A stretch of DNA of 64,000 nucleotides. Origin: Lytechinus pictus. Taxonomy: Eukaryota. The stretch is from positions 7,254,001 to 7,318,000 of the forward strand of contig NC_087261.1 of NCBI RefSeq assembly GCF_037042905.1. Direction: 5' to 3'. Positions within the stretch are counted from its first letter, which is position 1, and each line of letters begins with the position of its first letter. The notes under the pieces were generated by a model. That model searched no databases. It had not been told where the DNA came from and worked only from the letters and a program-made list of their open reading frames with translations. The position numbers and the translations under genes were made by a program. This document shows positions 44,903-57,382 of the stretch, one piece after another.

Positions 44903-46483
44903 ATGGGACTTGAAAACTACAAATTCTGTATTGGGTTGCTGCTATTACTCTGCCTATCGTCAATCGCGACGATGTTTACGGCGATGTACCATTTAAGTGA
45001 CCTTAAAGAGATAAGAGCGAAGAAGAATTCTGCATTGGGCATCCGACAGATACTCAGCTCCAGGCAAGCAGCTCGAATTGAAAGGAATCCGTCATCGTCT
45101 GGTTTGGGGGAAGCCTCAATATCCTCGGACAAGAATAGAGGTTCACCTGAGGGAGATGACGCTTTTCGGAATCTCAGTATTATATCATTTAGATATGACA
45201 CACTGTCTGCTCGTAGAGGTCTAACTCACAGCATTGCTAATGTGGAAGACGATGTTCTGACGTTCGATACATATGACATTTTAAAACCACTATCGAATGT
45301 AACCATTGAAGAAAGCAGCTTGGTTCACAAAATCCAACAAAAACAGAGAAACGCTGACTTTAACTGTGTCATCAGGATTGCCAAGTATTGTTCCTCTCGT
45401 TGTGATTATCTAGTTAAAGGTAAACATTCGAGGGAATGGACGCCATTCAGATGTGAACTCAGTGAGTTCTGTAGGTTTGAGACTCGTTTTATAGGTAACC
45501 TCACCAAGGAGGTTATGAAGACCATCGATGTTGTTTTCTTTATACCCGGATATCGGGATGTTCGTCTGAAGCAAGTGATGGCTGCAAGATCACCAGGACA
45601 ACTCTGGGTCCTCTGCGCCAAAGAGAGTCCTCAGCATGACCCAGATTATGCTCCTCGAGGTCTAACAGGAAACCCTTTCAATCTCACCATGACGTATGTC
45701 AGGGACAGTGACATTTACTTCCCATACGCCACCGTGCGGACGCTTGGGAAGCCAAATGAACATCCGCCAGATATTCCAAAGAAAACCAAGCTGATAGCTT
45801 GGATGGCATCCAACTGCAAACCATATTATTGGAAACGAACTGAACTAGTGAAAGCGATTCAAGGGAATATCTCGGTGGATATGTACGGCAAGTGCGGTAC
45901 GGGAAGACTTGCCCATGATAAAACCATCGAGACCCTCAAGCAATATAAATTCTATATCGCGTTTGAAAATAGCGAATGCCGGGATTACATCACGGAGAAG
46001 GTGTGGAAAAATTGCCTTTTACAGGGAATCGTACCGATCGTCTACGGATCAACGCGCGAAGGCTACGAGAAGTCACTCCCAAGGAATTCCTTCATCTCCG
46101 TAGAGGATTTCAGTAACATGAGCGAATTTGTAGATTACATTCACGCACTGGATAAAGACGACGCGCGTTACATGAAATATTTCGACTGGAGGAGGGACGG
46201 CACGGTGCAGTTTCACTCTCCATCTGCGTTCAGAGGTAGCAGACCGGAACTAAATTTCTGTTACCTCGTCAAAAAACTTCTCCACGTCTTCGTACATCCA
46301 GAGAACACTTGGCAGAAAAGAAATCCAGATTTTGCATCTTGGTGGCGAGGGCAATGTGCCGATTATTCTATTAAGAAAATCGTTCTGGGATTCAATACCC
46401 ATCGGTCAAGAGAAGAACAGGCAATCATCAATGCATCTAAGAGACGTGGTGACATAGAAAATGTAGTTGGTGTAATTAATTGA
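44903..46483 (+). CDS. Intronless alpha-1,3/4-fucosyltransferase (GT10), copy B, 526 aa
   Basis: Paralogue of 25173-26732 with motif YKFYIAFENSECRDYITEKVWKN. An extra A near the stop changes the C-terminus from EM* to ENVVGVIN*. Confidence 0.93.
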   Translation: MGLENYKFCIGLLLLLCLSSIATMFTAMYHLSDLKEIRAKKNSALGIRQILSSRQAARIERNPSSSGLGEASISSDKNRGSPEGDDAFRNLSIISFRYDTLSARRGLTHSIANVEDDVLTFDTYDILKPLSNVTIEESSLVHKIQQKQRNADFNCVIRIAKYCSSRCDYLVKGKHSREWTPFRCELSEFCRFETRFIGNLTKEVMKTIDVVFFIPGYRDVRLKQVMAARSPGQLWVLCAKESPQHDPDYAPRGLTGNPFNLTMTYVRDSDIYFPYATVRTLGKPNEHPPDIPKKTKLIAWMASNCKPYYWKRTELVKAIQGNISVDMYGKCGTGRLAHDKTIETLKQYKFYIAFENSECRDYITEKVWKNCLLQGIVPIVYGSTREGYEKSLPRNSFISVEDFSNMSEFVDYIHALDKDDARYMKYFDWRRDGTVQFHSPSAFRGSRPELNFCYLVKKLLHVFVHPENTWQKRNPDFASWWRGQCADYSIKKIVLGFNTHRSREEQAIINASKRRGDIENVVGVIN

Positions 46484-46948
46484 TATAAAAAGCCATAGAA
46501 GATGTTATAATGCTAGAAAGATCTAGTTAGAGTTCTACCTTGAATATATAGGTCTAAGTACATCATGCGATTATTTGAGAATTCGTTTGACATGTTGGAA
46601 ATAACGACAGTTCATGATAAGACAGTCCGCGAAATTCGAACTTATAATTGATGCGCGATGAGATACAGGGCCGTATCAACACCTCTGGTTTAACTGGAAG
46701 GGACAGGAATATTGAACTTGCCAATATCCGATACTGGCCTACAAGAGAACCCCTCTTTTTATATTACATGATTCTAATTAATGCAGTAGCTGTATTGTAA
46801 TGGGAATATCTTAATTAGTTTCTTAAGTGATTCGGAAATGATGTTTAAACAGACTGTGATGCAGAAATTTGGAATAAAAAATATATATTATGTTCTAACT
46901 GCTAAAGAACCAAAGAAATTCAAAACAAATTTTTGAGAATATCCTTAG

Positions 46949-47510
46949 AGGGATGCTCCGGGCTGAAAATATTTATCTCTCAATAAATAGAGAAAAATTC
47001 ACAAAACAAAATGCTGAAAATTTCATTAAAATTGGATAACAAATAACGAAGTTATTGAATTTGATAGATTTGCATTATTCTGGTGAACAGTTCTAGGCAC
47101 GTCTTCATTGTTCTTTGCATTTTATTAAATGAAATTAGGTTTGTGTAATTTATTTACCACGAACCAAAACAATTGGATTGACAATTGATTAAGTGCATTA
47201 GTTGTTTCTTGCTGCAACTTATTTCATCATAATGGAGATACATCATTTACACATGTATGAAAAAAAAATGAATTGATTATGATATCATGTAATAACATAA
47301 GGAAAAGAAAGTGGGGGTATGACATCATCGGCCCATCTAATGAATATTCATGAAGACATGCCTAGAATTGTTTCACCGGAATAATGCAAATCTTTAAAAT
47401 TCAATAACCTCGTTATTCATTATCCGATTTTGAGGAAATTTTCATCATTTTGCTTTGTGAATTTTACTCTATTTATTGAGATACAAATATCTTCAGCCCG
47501 GAGCATCCCT
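46949..47510. mobile_element. Kolobok-like MITE, family 2 (duplicate at 48932-49491)
   Basis: TTAG|AGGGATGCTCCGGGCTGAA...TTCAGCCCGGAGCATCCCT|TTAA. Confidence 0.78.
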
Positions 47511-47924
47511 TTAACTATAAAATACTTTCAGACCCTTATCAAAGAGAAATGTAAAATTCAATTTTTTTGACATAACAGGAAAATACATAGTTTTATGCAT
47601 TTCTATACGCTAAACGATTTAAGTATTTTACATTTGCTTCTCAATTGGCCAGAATTCGTGATGTCATGCCGTGTTAGGAGGATTGTGGTAAGCATGACTA
47701 AAATTGGTTTGTGCGTTGAAAATCTTGATTGTTATTCATTATTCTTTCCAGATTATGCCTATATTCAATCGGCCTATTACCAAATGAAGATTTCATGAAA
47801 ATCATTTCCTGCATAAAACTGGCATTATTGTGCTTGGTAGCTTTGTTGTCTATTTCTAAATGTAGCTCCAGTTGTTCGGTCTTCTAATTTAGTAGATGAA
47901 TTAATATTGTATGATGTGGTTATG

Positions 47925-48086
47925 GGGCCCGTTGCATAAAAGTCACTATTGTGTTAACTTTGCCATCCAATGGTAACTACTATACCATGGTAACGATGAT
48001 CAACAACCAATCAAAATCAAGGATTCAATGCAGGTTACCATTGCATGGCAAGGTTACCATAATGGTTGCTTTTTTGCAACAGGGCC
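47925..48086. mobile_element. Harbinger-like MITE (copies also ~28600-28757 and ~49924-50085)
   Basis: GGGCCCGTTGCATAAAAG...CTTTTTTGCAACAGGGCC|CTG. Confidence 0.6.
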
Positions 48087-48132
48087 CTGGTATTCTTTGT
48101 TACTTTTTAGAAGGAAACAGGGTAAAATAAGT

Positions 48133-48449
48133 TGGATAAAGACGACGCGCGTTACATGAAATATTTCGACTGGAGGAGGGACGGCACGGTGCAGTTTCAC
48201 TCTCCATCTGCGTTCAGAGATAGCAGACCGGAACTGCATTTCTGTTACCTCGTCAAAAAACTACTCCACGTCTTCGTACATCCAGAGAACACTTGGCAGA
48301 AAAGAAATCCAGATTTTGCATCTTGGTGGCGAGGGCAATGTGCCGATTATTCTATTAAGAAAATCGTTCTGGGATTCAATACCCATCGGTCAAGAGAAGA
48401 ACAGGCAATCATCAATGCATCTAAGAGACGTGGTGACATAGAAATGTAG
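48133..48449 (+). pseudogene. Promoterless 3' fragment of the GT10 fucosyltransferase (last ~105 codons) inside a 2-kb tandem duplication
   Basis: Nearly identical to 46149 onward, with no start codon, TM segment or alpha-3 motif. Ends in the copy-A-type EM*. Confidence 0.88.
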
Positions 48450-51400
48450 TTGGTGTAATTAATTGATATAAAAAGCCATAGAAGATGTTATAATGCTAGA
48501 AAGATCTAGTTAGAGTTCTACCTTGAATATATAGGTCTAAGTACATCATGCGATTATTTGAGAATTCGTTTGACATGTTGGAAATAACGACAGTTTATGA
48601 TAAGACAGTCCGCGAAATTCGAACTTATAATTGATGCGCGATGAGATACAGGGCCGTATCAACACCTCTGGTTTAACTGGAAGGGACAGGAATAGTGAAC
48701 TTGCCAATATCCGATACTGGCCTACAAGAGAACCCCTCTTTTTATATTACAAGATTCTAATTAATGCAGTAGCTGTATTGTAATGGGAATATCTTAATTA
48801 GTTTCTTAAGTGATTCGGAAATGATGTTTAAACAGACTGTGATGCAGAAATTTGGAATAAAAAATATATATTATGTTCTAACTGATAAAGAACCAAAGAA
48901 ATTCAAAACAAATTTTTGAGAATATCCTTAGAGGGATGCTCCGGGCTGAAAATATTTATCTCTCAATAAATAGAGAAAAATTCACAAAGCAAAATGCTGA
49001 AAATTTCATTAAAATTGGATAACAAATAACGAAGTTATTGAATTTGATAGATTTGTATTATTCTGGTGAACAGTTCTAGGCACGTCTTCATTGTTCTTTG
49101 CATTTTATTAAATGAAATTAGGTTTGTGTAATTCATTTACCACGAACCAAAACAATTGGATTGACAATTGATTAAGTGCATTAGTTGTTTCTTGCTGCAA
49201 CTTATTTCATCATAATGGAGATACATCCTTTACACATGTATGAAAAAAATGAATTGATTATGATATCATGTAATAACATAAGGAAAAGAAAGTGGGGGTA
49301 TGACATCATCGGCCCATCTAATGAATATTCATGAAGACATGCCTAGAATTGTTTCACCGGAATAATGCAAATCTTTAAAATTCAATAACCTCGTTATTCA
49401 TTATCCGATTTTGAGGAAATTTTCATCATTTTGCTTTGTGAATTTTACTCTATTTATTGAGATACAAATATCTTCAGCCCGGAGCATCCCTTTAACTATA
49501 AAATACTTTCAGACCCTTATCAAAGAGAAATGTGAAATTGGCCGATCATGTAAAATTCATTTTTTTTGACATAACAGGAAAATACATAGTTTTATGCATT
49601 TCTATACGCTAAACGATTTAAGTATTTTACATTTGCTTCTCAATTGGCCAGAATTCGTGATGTCATGCCGTGTTAGGAGGATTGTGGTAAGCATGACTAA
49701 AATTGGTTTGTGCGTTGAAAATCTTGATTGTTATTCATTATTCTTTCCAGATTATGCCTATATTCAATCGGCCTATTACCAAATGAAGATTTCATGAAAA
49801 TCATTTCCTGCATAAAACTGGCATTATTGTGCTTGGTAGCTTTGTTGTCTATTTCTAAATGTAGCTCCAGTTGTTCGGTCTTCTAATTTAGTAGATGAAT
49901 TAATATTGTATGATGTGGTTATGGGGCCCGTTGCATAAAAGTCACTATTGTGTTAACTTTGCCATCCAATGGTAACTACTATACCATGGTAACGATGATC
50001 AACAACCAATCAAAATCAAGGATTCAATGCAGGTTACCATTGCATGGCAAGGTTACCATAATGGTTGCTTTTTTGCAACAGGGCCCTGGTATTCTTTGTT
50101 ACTTTTTAGAAGGAAACAGGGTAAAATAAGGTGCGATGGAAATTTTGCTTGAAATAAGAAAGAAAGATATTCTTACTTTTAGTATAAACCGAAGCTTAAT
50201 ACGCCACTGGTCTGAGGGTCCCTTTTGTCATTTTTAATAAAAAAGACTGGCAATAGTTATGATGCAATATAGTACTGAACGTGTAGCGCATGAGTTTTCA
50301 TTTCTCAGTCTTTTCTCAAAATGTCACCTGGATCAGGCTTGAAATCAATTGGTCATAATAACCCAATTCACCCTTTCAAAATATTCATGAGATTAAATAC
50401 AGAAAATACAAGAAAGCTCACATTGCAAATAAGATAAAAATCGGATAAATAAAGATTTATGACATTCTATTTTTTTTTATTTTTTTTTTTACAAATGTAT
50501 TCACACAACAGTGATCTACATATCATTGGCGGTAATGTAGATTACGCAGATGAAGGAAACTTTAAAAGTGTCATAATATTCTAGAACGATTTTGATATTT
50601 GATATTAATGAGCATTTTGAGTTTTCTTATGTTATTCAGGAAATTAATTTGTTACCCTGGGTAAAATATGACATTATTATCACTAAATCTATTTAAATCA
50701 GTTTGTTTTGTCGACGGACGTGGTCATACAGAGTGTTGATTAGAATGTATAGAGGGGCAGTTGGGGTGGGGAGAATAAGAGAGACGAGAGAGAGAGAGAG
50801 AGAGAGAGCGTGATAAAGAGGGGGGGGGGGAGGGATAGAGGGATGATTGCGTGTTACCATATGTATTACATAATGTAAATTATTTCCTCAATTAATATCA
50901 TTTTGTTGTTGGATTTCTCAATAAAACGCCTATACTATATTCTAATGGTGAAACCCGGGATAACATAAGACGAAACAAAAGAGCCACCCCCCAAAAAAGT
51001 CCTAACCAATTTTTATGATATTAAAGGTCAAGTCCACCCCAGAAAAAAAAGTTGAATAAATAGAAAAAAATCAAGCTAGTATAACATTGAAAATTTTATC
51101 AAAATCGAATGTAAAAAAAAGTTATGACATTTTAAAGTTTCGCTTATTTTTCACAAAACAGTTATTTGCACAATTCAGTAAAATGTAAATGAGACACTCG
51201 ATGACGACCCTCCCCCACTAATCATTTTGCTTTTTATTGTTTGAATATTTCATTTTTTTATAGATTTGGCAATACGGACCAACTTGACTGACAATGAGTA
51301 GAGAATTTTCAAATTTCATATAATAAAATACAAATATTAAAAAAATAGAGAGTGGATGACTTGCATACCGACCAGGATGTGTGTGTGTACGTCTCTGAGC

Positions 51401-53117
51401 TGTGTGTTTATTGCAGAAAATGGCGCAAATTTTGCAATTCGAAAGAAGAAATTAATGATATTGCTTTTTTTGTCTCTTTTTCTTTTCTATATTTTGATGG
51501 TGAAATATGGGGAATCTTTCTAAAATATAATTTCCATAGGAGAATTTTGCTTGCCCGATTCGGGCAAGCAGTTTTTGTCTTTGCTTCAAAACACTTGCCC
51601 GACTCTAACTTTTACTTGCCCCGGGCAATCGGGCAAGCGCTTATGTCGCACCCTGCTCTAAGGTGCATTTCCCTTTTCAACATATCCAGTGGAATGTTTT
51701 ACCTGTCATTTTTTTTATTTGATTAAAATGTATTTCCTAAACACCTTCACAGGAGAAAACGGCGAATATTTGTCATTCAAAATCATTTTTTGGGAGGGCT
51801 AATTTGAGATGTCATAGGGATGTTGAAGGGTTGCATCGACTATATCGATCTTGTACGAGCTTTATATAATCATGATGATAAAAGAAGAAGAAAAAATTGA
51901 AATAAACAACGTTTCATTACGAAGTTACCTCCTGGCGATTCCGTTGAACTTATATTAGGCTCAGTCGTTGACACTGTTGGTGGTGACGAAATGATATCTG
52001 AGTCATTTGTTATCATCTGCCCTTCTGTCGATATCATCATCGAAGTGTTTTCAGCGTCACTTGTCGTATCGGACACTGTCATCGTCGAAGTCGTAGATAT
52101 CGTTGCATTGTCCGAGACATTGAACATGGTTGTTGGCAATGTCGTCGATGATGAGATATTGTCTGTTGTAAAGACCATGGTCGATGACGTCACATTCTCT
52201 GTAGTATTCGACATCGTTGCGGACACCGGGTCAGTAGTCGTTGAATTATCGGCAGTAACCATCGATTTTGTTGAATTCATCTTTGTTGAGCCCAATCCAC
52301 TCGAAGAAGTTGGCGAACCGGTATCAGATTCTGAAGTTTTAAATAGATATTCTTTCATTACGTACGATTTTGGTATAACACATGAGAGTGTCGCTCGGAA
52401 GAAGGGGGTATGGGCGCTGCGGGGGGGGGGGGGGGGGGGCGGGCGGGCGGGCTTCTAAGTAATTAATTCAAAGGGTCGTAAATAGACTTGAAATTGTGAG
52501 AATTCAACATAATTAAAAAAAAAACGGGTTTCCTGCACCATTTTCGTAAAGAGTATGAGATGAGATAGAGTCACCCTTAGTTGTTGTTGTTTTTGTTGAT
52601 GTGTGTGTGGGCGTTTCATGTGTGATAAGCATCATAGGTCATGCACCGCTTTTAAGCCGTTCACAGTAAGAAACTGAAAGTCATGCCCAGCTTTGGTCAA
52701 CATCCACAATACCGAGTATCGAGGGTTTTTATTCATCGAAAGTTAAAGATCGATACGTTGCAAAAGTAACATCAAAATCGTATTAGGAATGTGTGCAATG
52801 GAGGGTACAAAATTGAAAATTCGATAAAAAGGCCACTGCAGACCCTACAGGGCGATTCCATACATGTCGTAAGGGACATTTTGTCAACAATTTCTAGTCT
52901 CTTAGCTGATTGCTGGAGCAATAAAAAACTATTTTTGGTCAATAATAAAGTTAAAGTGGGTATAGTCATGTGAAAAACGGATTACCAACAAAAAATATTT
53001 GATTATGGCTGAATTAATATGGCATATCACTTAAAGACCTTAGCTCTCTTCAACTCCTTCAAAATAAAGCAGCAAAGCTTATACACTGTAAATCAAAGTA
53101 TAACCATGTCTCTCCTC

Positions 53118-53565
53118 TTTGATCTCAATTGGCTCCATGTTAATGATCGTATCAAACATAAGACCTTAACTCTAACTTCATGAACTTATAAATGTGTTAA
53201 CAATCAAGCCCCAACATATTCACCTGACCTTCTCTTTGCACACACATCCAAATACAACACATGCCCGGTACCTCGTACTGCTAAACAATTAGGTGATAGG
53301 GCCTTTACTACCGTTGCCCCTAAAACATGGAACTCCTTGCCGCCTTCACTAAAGACTTCCCCAACACTTTCCTCATTTAAGAAATGTCTAAAAACTTACC
53401 ATTCTAATTTTTCTGTACGGTTTCCATATAATGTTCATAATTTTGCAGTTATTATTCTTATGTTTCACACTCCCTATTTGTGTTCTGTTATTCTTTCTTT
53501 TGTTAATGCGCTTTGTATCTGATGAAAAGGCGCTATATAAATGAAGTGTATTATTATTATATCAT
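53118..53565 (+). mobile_element. Degraded L2-like LINE 3' fragment
   Basis: LNWLHVNDRI, GDRAFTTVAPKTWNSLP, FKKCLKT, and tail ggcgctatataaatg..tattattatt. Confidence 0.7.
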
Positions 53566-54566
53566 TAAGGGCGAAAATATTGTGTGTCGTACGGGACTCA
53601 GAAATGTCCCGTAAGACACGCAACATTTTCACCTCTAATTCACCCATGGACAGCATATTTTTGTTGGTTGTCATTTTTTCATATGTCTTCCCAGTTGCTT
53701 TATAATTACCACAAAACAAATTGAAGTTCTTCGTTTGTTTGGACAATAGGTTGAAAAATGTTGCGAAAATAGCTGATTTTTCTAGCATGGAATCGCCCTA
53801 TTGTAATAGCTCGAATACGGGGGGGGGGGGGAGTAGTCATTGACCATGTAAATGCATTCCTGAAAAAAATGCAATTGTGTTCATTGTTGAATCAGGCCAA
53901 CCCTGGAAAAAAGGCAACCTTTACCAATTCAAAGGTGTCTCTTTTGTTTGGGAAAATTCCCACGACAGTGTAATATACATTATTCTCTCGTTATCGTACT
54001 TCCTCTTTGTAATCGTCGACATACTTGCATGGATCGCTATTGTTGACAAAACCATAATTTCAGAAGAAAATGCAAATAAGAGGTTGGAACATTTAATGTA
54101 CCATTTTGAGGCAAATTCTATGCTAAAGTAAAAAGAAATACTACCAAAAATGATTTATTTAAATCGTTAAAAAATATAAATTCCAGTCTTGTAATATTGC
54201 AAACATTTTTTAGGGGGAATTTTGATAAAATGCAATATTTTGCAGGCCCCGTTCCAGAAGGGTTTTTTTTTTTAAGGTAGGGGGCATGGAAAAGGAGGAA
54301 AAGGGCAAACATCAGAAGTCATCAAAGTAGGAAGATACATTGTAAGTGCCAACTGCCAATGTGTTTTCACTAATACTTCCTTTCTACTGGAAATTGCACT
54401 CTTTTCAATATCTCGGGAGACAAATTATTCATTTTTTAGATATTAGGAGTGGTTTTTTTAATCGTCATAACATCTTTAAATCATAAGTAAAAAAAAAAAA
54501 TTGAAAAAGAATATGTACATTTTGGTCACCAACTTGTTAAATTTATATTTTTCGGTATCACCTTAA

Positions 54567-55065
54567 AGGGGAAGTTCATTCTGACAAAAAAAGTTCATTG
54601 TAAAAATAGAAGAAAAAATAATAAAAAATAATGCCAAAGGTTTGAGAAAAATCCATGAAAGAATTTAAAACGTTTGTAGAATTTTAATTATTTGATTTGT
54701 GACGTCATATGCGAGCAGTTTTGCTACACATCGAATAGTAAAAGAAATCAATGAAATGTCATTTTCTTAGAAAATTGAAAATGTTTTTTGCTGTACCTTC
54801 AGTATATCAATAGACAAACCGTGACACCTGTTCCTAAAAAGAAACCAAAAATAGTCTCTACAAACCATTAAAGAATTGAAATGCATATGCATTTTATATT
54901 CCATAACGCATCAGACAGCTGCTTGTTTATGACGTCACAAATCCAAAACTTGAAATTCTAATATTTATTTAACCTTTAATAGATTTTCCTCAAATCTTTT
55001 CCAATATTTTTTATTACCTTTTCTGCTATTTCTACAACAACTGTTCTTCGGGGTGAACTTCCACT
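54567..55065. mobile_element. Kolobok-like MITE, family 3
   Basis: TTAA|AGGGGAAGTTCA...TGAACTTCCACT|TTAA. Confidence 0.75.
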
Positions 55066-55203
55066 TTAATTCTGTCATAATCACAAACACGTTCAATTTA
55101 TATAAGAGCTGACGCAGCAGGCAAAAAACATGATTATAGAAGATGTGAAAACATTGTGATCAAAATACAAATTGGTTGAATAGACACATGGAATTATTTG
55201 AAC

Positions 55204-55633
55204 CAGTGTTTCCACTTTGAAGGAAATTTCCCGAAATCCGGATCATTTTCAGGTAATTTTCATTTTCGGGGAAATGAACAAATTCTAGGAAATTCCGGGA
55301 AATCAGAAAATTACAATTAAACTACAATTAAACGTAGCAACTTTCAATATTCATGTTAAAAAATATGTTCGCCTTATACGTAGCTCGAAATTTTCTGCTC
55401 GCACTCCGCGCTCACATTTTATAATTTTGTTGCTATTTTTAATTAAAAAGTGCATTTAACAAAAAATGTTAAATTCCTTGATTTTGGTCACTTGGACCAA
55501 GTTTTGGCTCGCTTTGTTATTGCCAGATTTTTTTTTTTTTAATAAAGTTTTAAAATTCCGGGAAATGTCTATGAATTTCAGGTAATTTGAGATTCTTTTT
55601 CGAGAAGTTTGTTTCGGATCTGTTGAAACACTG
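55204..55633. mobile_element. hAT-like MITE with 8-bp TSD ATTTGAAC
   Basis: ATTTGAAC|CAGTGTTTC...GAAACACTG|ATTTGAAC. Confidence 0.85.
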
Positions 55634-56196
55634 ATTTGAACACGATGTATTTGATCTTATCTCTTGCTGAATTCGTTGGACTTTATCATACTTTTTCATT
55701 TTGTCATTGTCTAATTATACATGCTACATGCAGGCGTAAAACATAGGAAATTGCGTGTAAGATTTTTGTTTTATTATTATCATAAGCGTCCATCCAGATT
55801 CCAGCAAACCGAATTGATATTTTATTTAGAATCTAGGATTCGCTCTTATTTTATAAACGTTCACTTAGTTGAACATTGAGGTGTCCAGAAACCAATGAAC
55901 AGGCCTACCCAGCAGTATGAAATAAATAAAATATCATAAATAATAGACAAAATAATAAATAAAGACAAACAAACCCAACTCTCCTCACACTTCTACAGAT
56001 ACATGCGCTTAAAAAAAATTAGTGATCAAAAGATAGCTAGTTTGTGTTAAAAAAAAAACAATACGAACATGTAACATGACTAGGGAGGATTTGCAAGAAA
56101 ATATTTGCAATAATCTGCAAATTTTCAAGTTATAAGTCAAATTTAACTGAAGCAAATCAATTAATAAAATATTTATTGATGCAAGAAGCAGACCAG

Positions 56197-56458
56197 GGCC
56201 CCGTCTTACAAAAACTTACGATTGATCCGATCAATCTCAAATATATGGAAATCTATCATTGTTTTTTTTAGGAACTTCATTCAATTTTCATTGAAAACAA
56301 CAAGAAGCATTCCGATTTGTCAAGAAAACAGTGAATGTGTGAATATACGTCATTTATGTAAAATATTTTGAACCAACAAGTATTTTAGATATTGATGCTG
56401 TTGGCTTTCCATAGTTACGATTGATCAAATCAATCGCAACTCTTTGTAAGACGGGATT
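56197..56458. mobile_element. Uninterrupted copy of the Harbinger-like MITE at 9085-9960
   Basis: CAG|GGCCCCGTCTTACAAA...CAACTCTTTGTAAGACGGG. Confidence 0.72.
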
Positions 56459-57382
56459 CAACATTTCAAGTGCAAATTTACAATTAATTGTAAGACTTAA
56501 TATGGTTGATTTTAGGACCAATAATTGACCTGTAATCGATTGCAAATTTCTTGCGAAACCCCATATGAGTTAAAAATTAATTGGAATAAAAGAAACTGCA
56601 CATTACCAGTTGTTGATGGCAACATCGTGGTAGTATTCATGTCCACTGTGGCCATGGTGGGGGATGTTGTATTGTCGGGTTATGTAGCATTACTGTTTAT
56701 TGTGGTCATGATGGAAGTAGGGGTTGTGACATTCATGGTAACACCTGTTGTAGAACTCCCTGAATCTGTGGTAGCGGTGGTATCGGAATCCGTTGCGTTA
56801 TTTGTTGCGGTGAACTCTGCGTCAGTGGTTGATGTAGGAGTTGTATCATTCATGGTACCATCTGTTGTAGAACTCCCTGAATCTGTGGTAGTGGTATCCG
56901 TTGCGTTATATGTTGTGAAGGACCCAGCGTCAGTGGTATTCGATGTTGTCATGATTTGGGTAGATGTTGTCGAGGAGTCTGTGGATGAAGACTCCATGCC
57001 AGACGTTGGGATAGGAGACATTGTTTCTGTTGTGTCGACAGTAGCCTCCATTGTTGATGGAGAAGTGTTAGTACCACTTGTAGGCATGTCAGTTGTGGTT
57101 GTTGCCGCAATATCCAACGAAGAATATGATACGATTAAAACTAGGACAGCCACCCGCCTTGCAATCCGGCAGCTAACCATGGTGGTGGACTTTCCTCAAT
57201 CTATAAAGCAATCAAAGATTTTAAAACAATGAACTAAGTTGTATTTTTTTTTAATAACATAACGATTTAAGAAGGCTGCAAAGGTTGCCACTATAAGTTC
57301 AGCTTTACTGCGTGGCAACCCCGGAAAACAATATCAAATTATATTTAATAATGCTGTCTTAAAGTAAGAGTGCAGATGTATA

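Larger units (their letters stand above)
46149..50130. repeat. Direct tandem duplication, units ~46149-48132 and 48133-50130 (~2 kb, ~99% identical by eye)
   Basis: tggataaagacgacgcgcg restarts at 48133. The ORF track shows identical ORFs at 47595 and 49594. Confidence 0.95.
32950..51380. repeat. Segmental duplication copy B, expanded by LINE, LTR element and internal tandem duplication
   Basis: Colinear with copy A. Empty insertion sites are visible in copy A at ~23145 and ~23786. Confidence 0.92.
51929..57180 (-). pseudogene. Ser/Thr-rich mucin-like secreted or surface protein gene with in-frame TAA; exons 57200-56607 (ATG 57180) and 52330-51929; 3' exons not found
   Basis: Acceptor ttgctttatag, Kozak CCACCATGG and a hydrophobic N-terminus (VAVLVLIVSYSSL). 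The frame stays T/S-rich for 24 codons past TAA (56682-56680) up to the donor G|GTAATG. The 402-nt T/S-rich exon is phase 1-1. Confidence 0.68.

Noticed and set aside
33590-51929. Splice from the mucin exon into the phase-1 papain-like exon of copy B
   Set aside because: Phase compatibility alone is weak over 18 kb, and that gene has its own signal-peptide exon.
53975-54040. Possible small internal exon of the mucin-like gene (AIHASMSTITKRK)
   Set aside because: No donor in a compatible phase was found, and the flanking exons already splice in frame.
56525-57232. V-rich plus-strand ORFs (also 51991-52458) and ORFs antisense to H1 (62077-62770)
   Set aside because: Antisense shadows of biased coding sequence.
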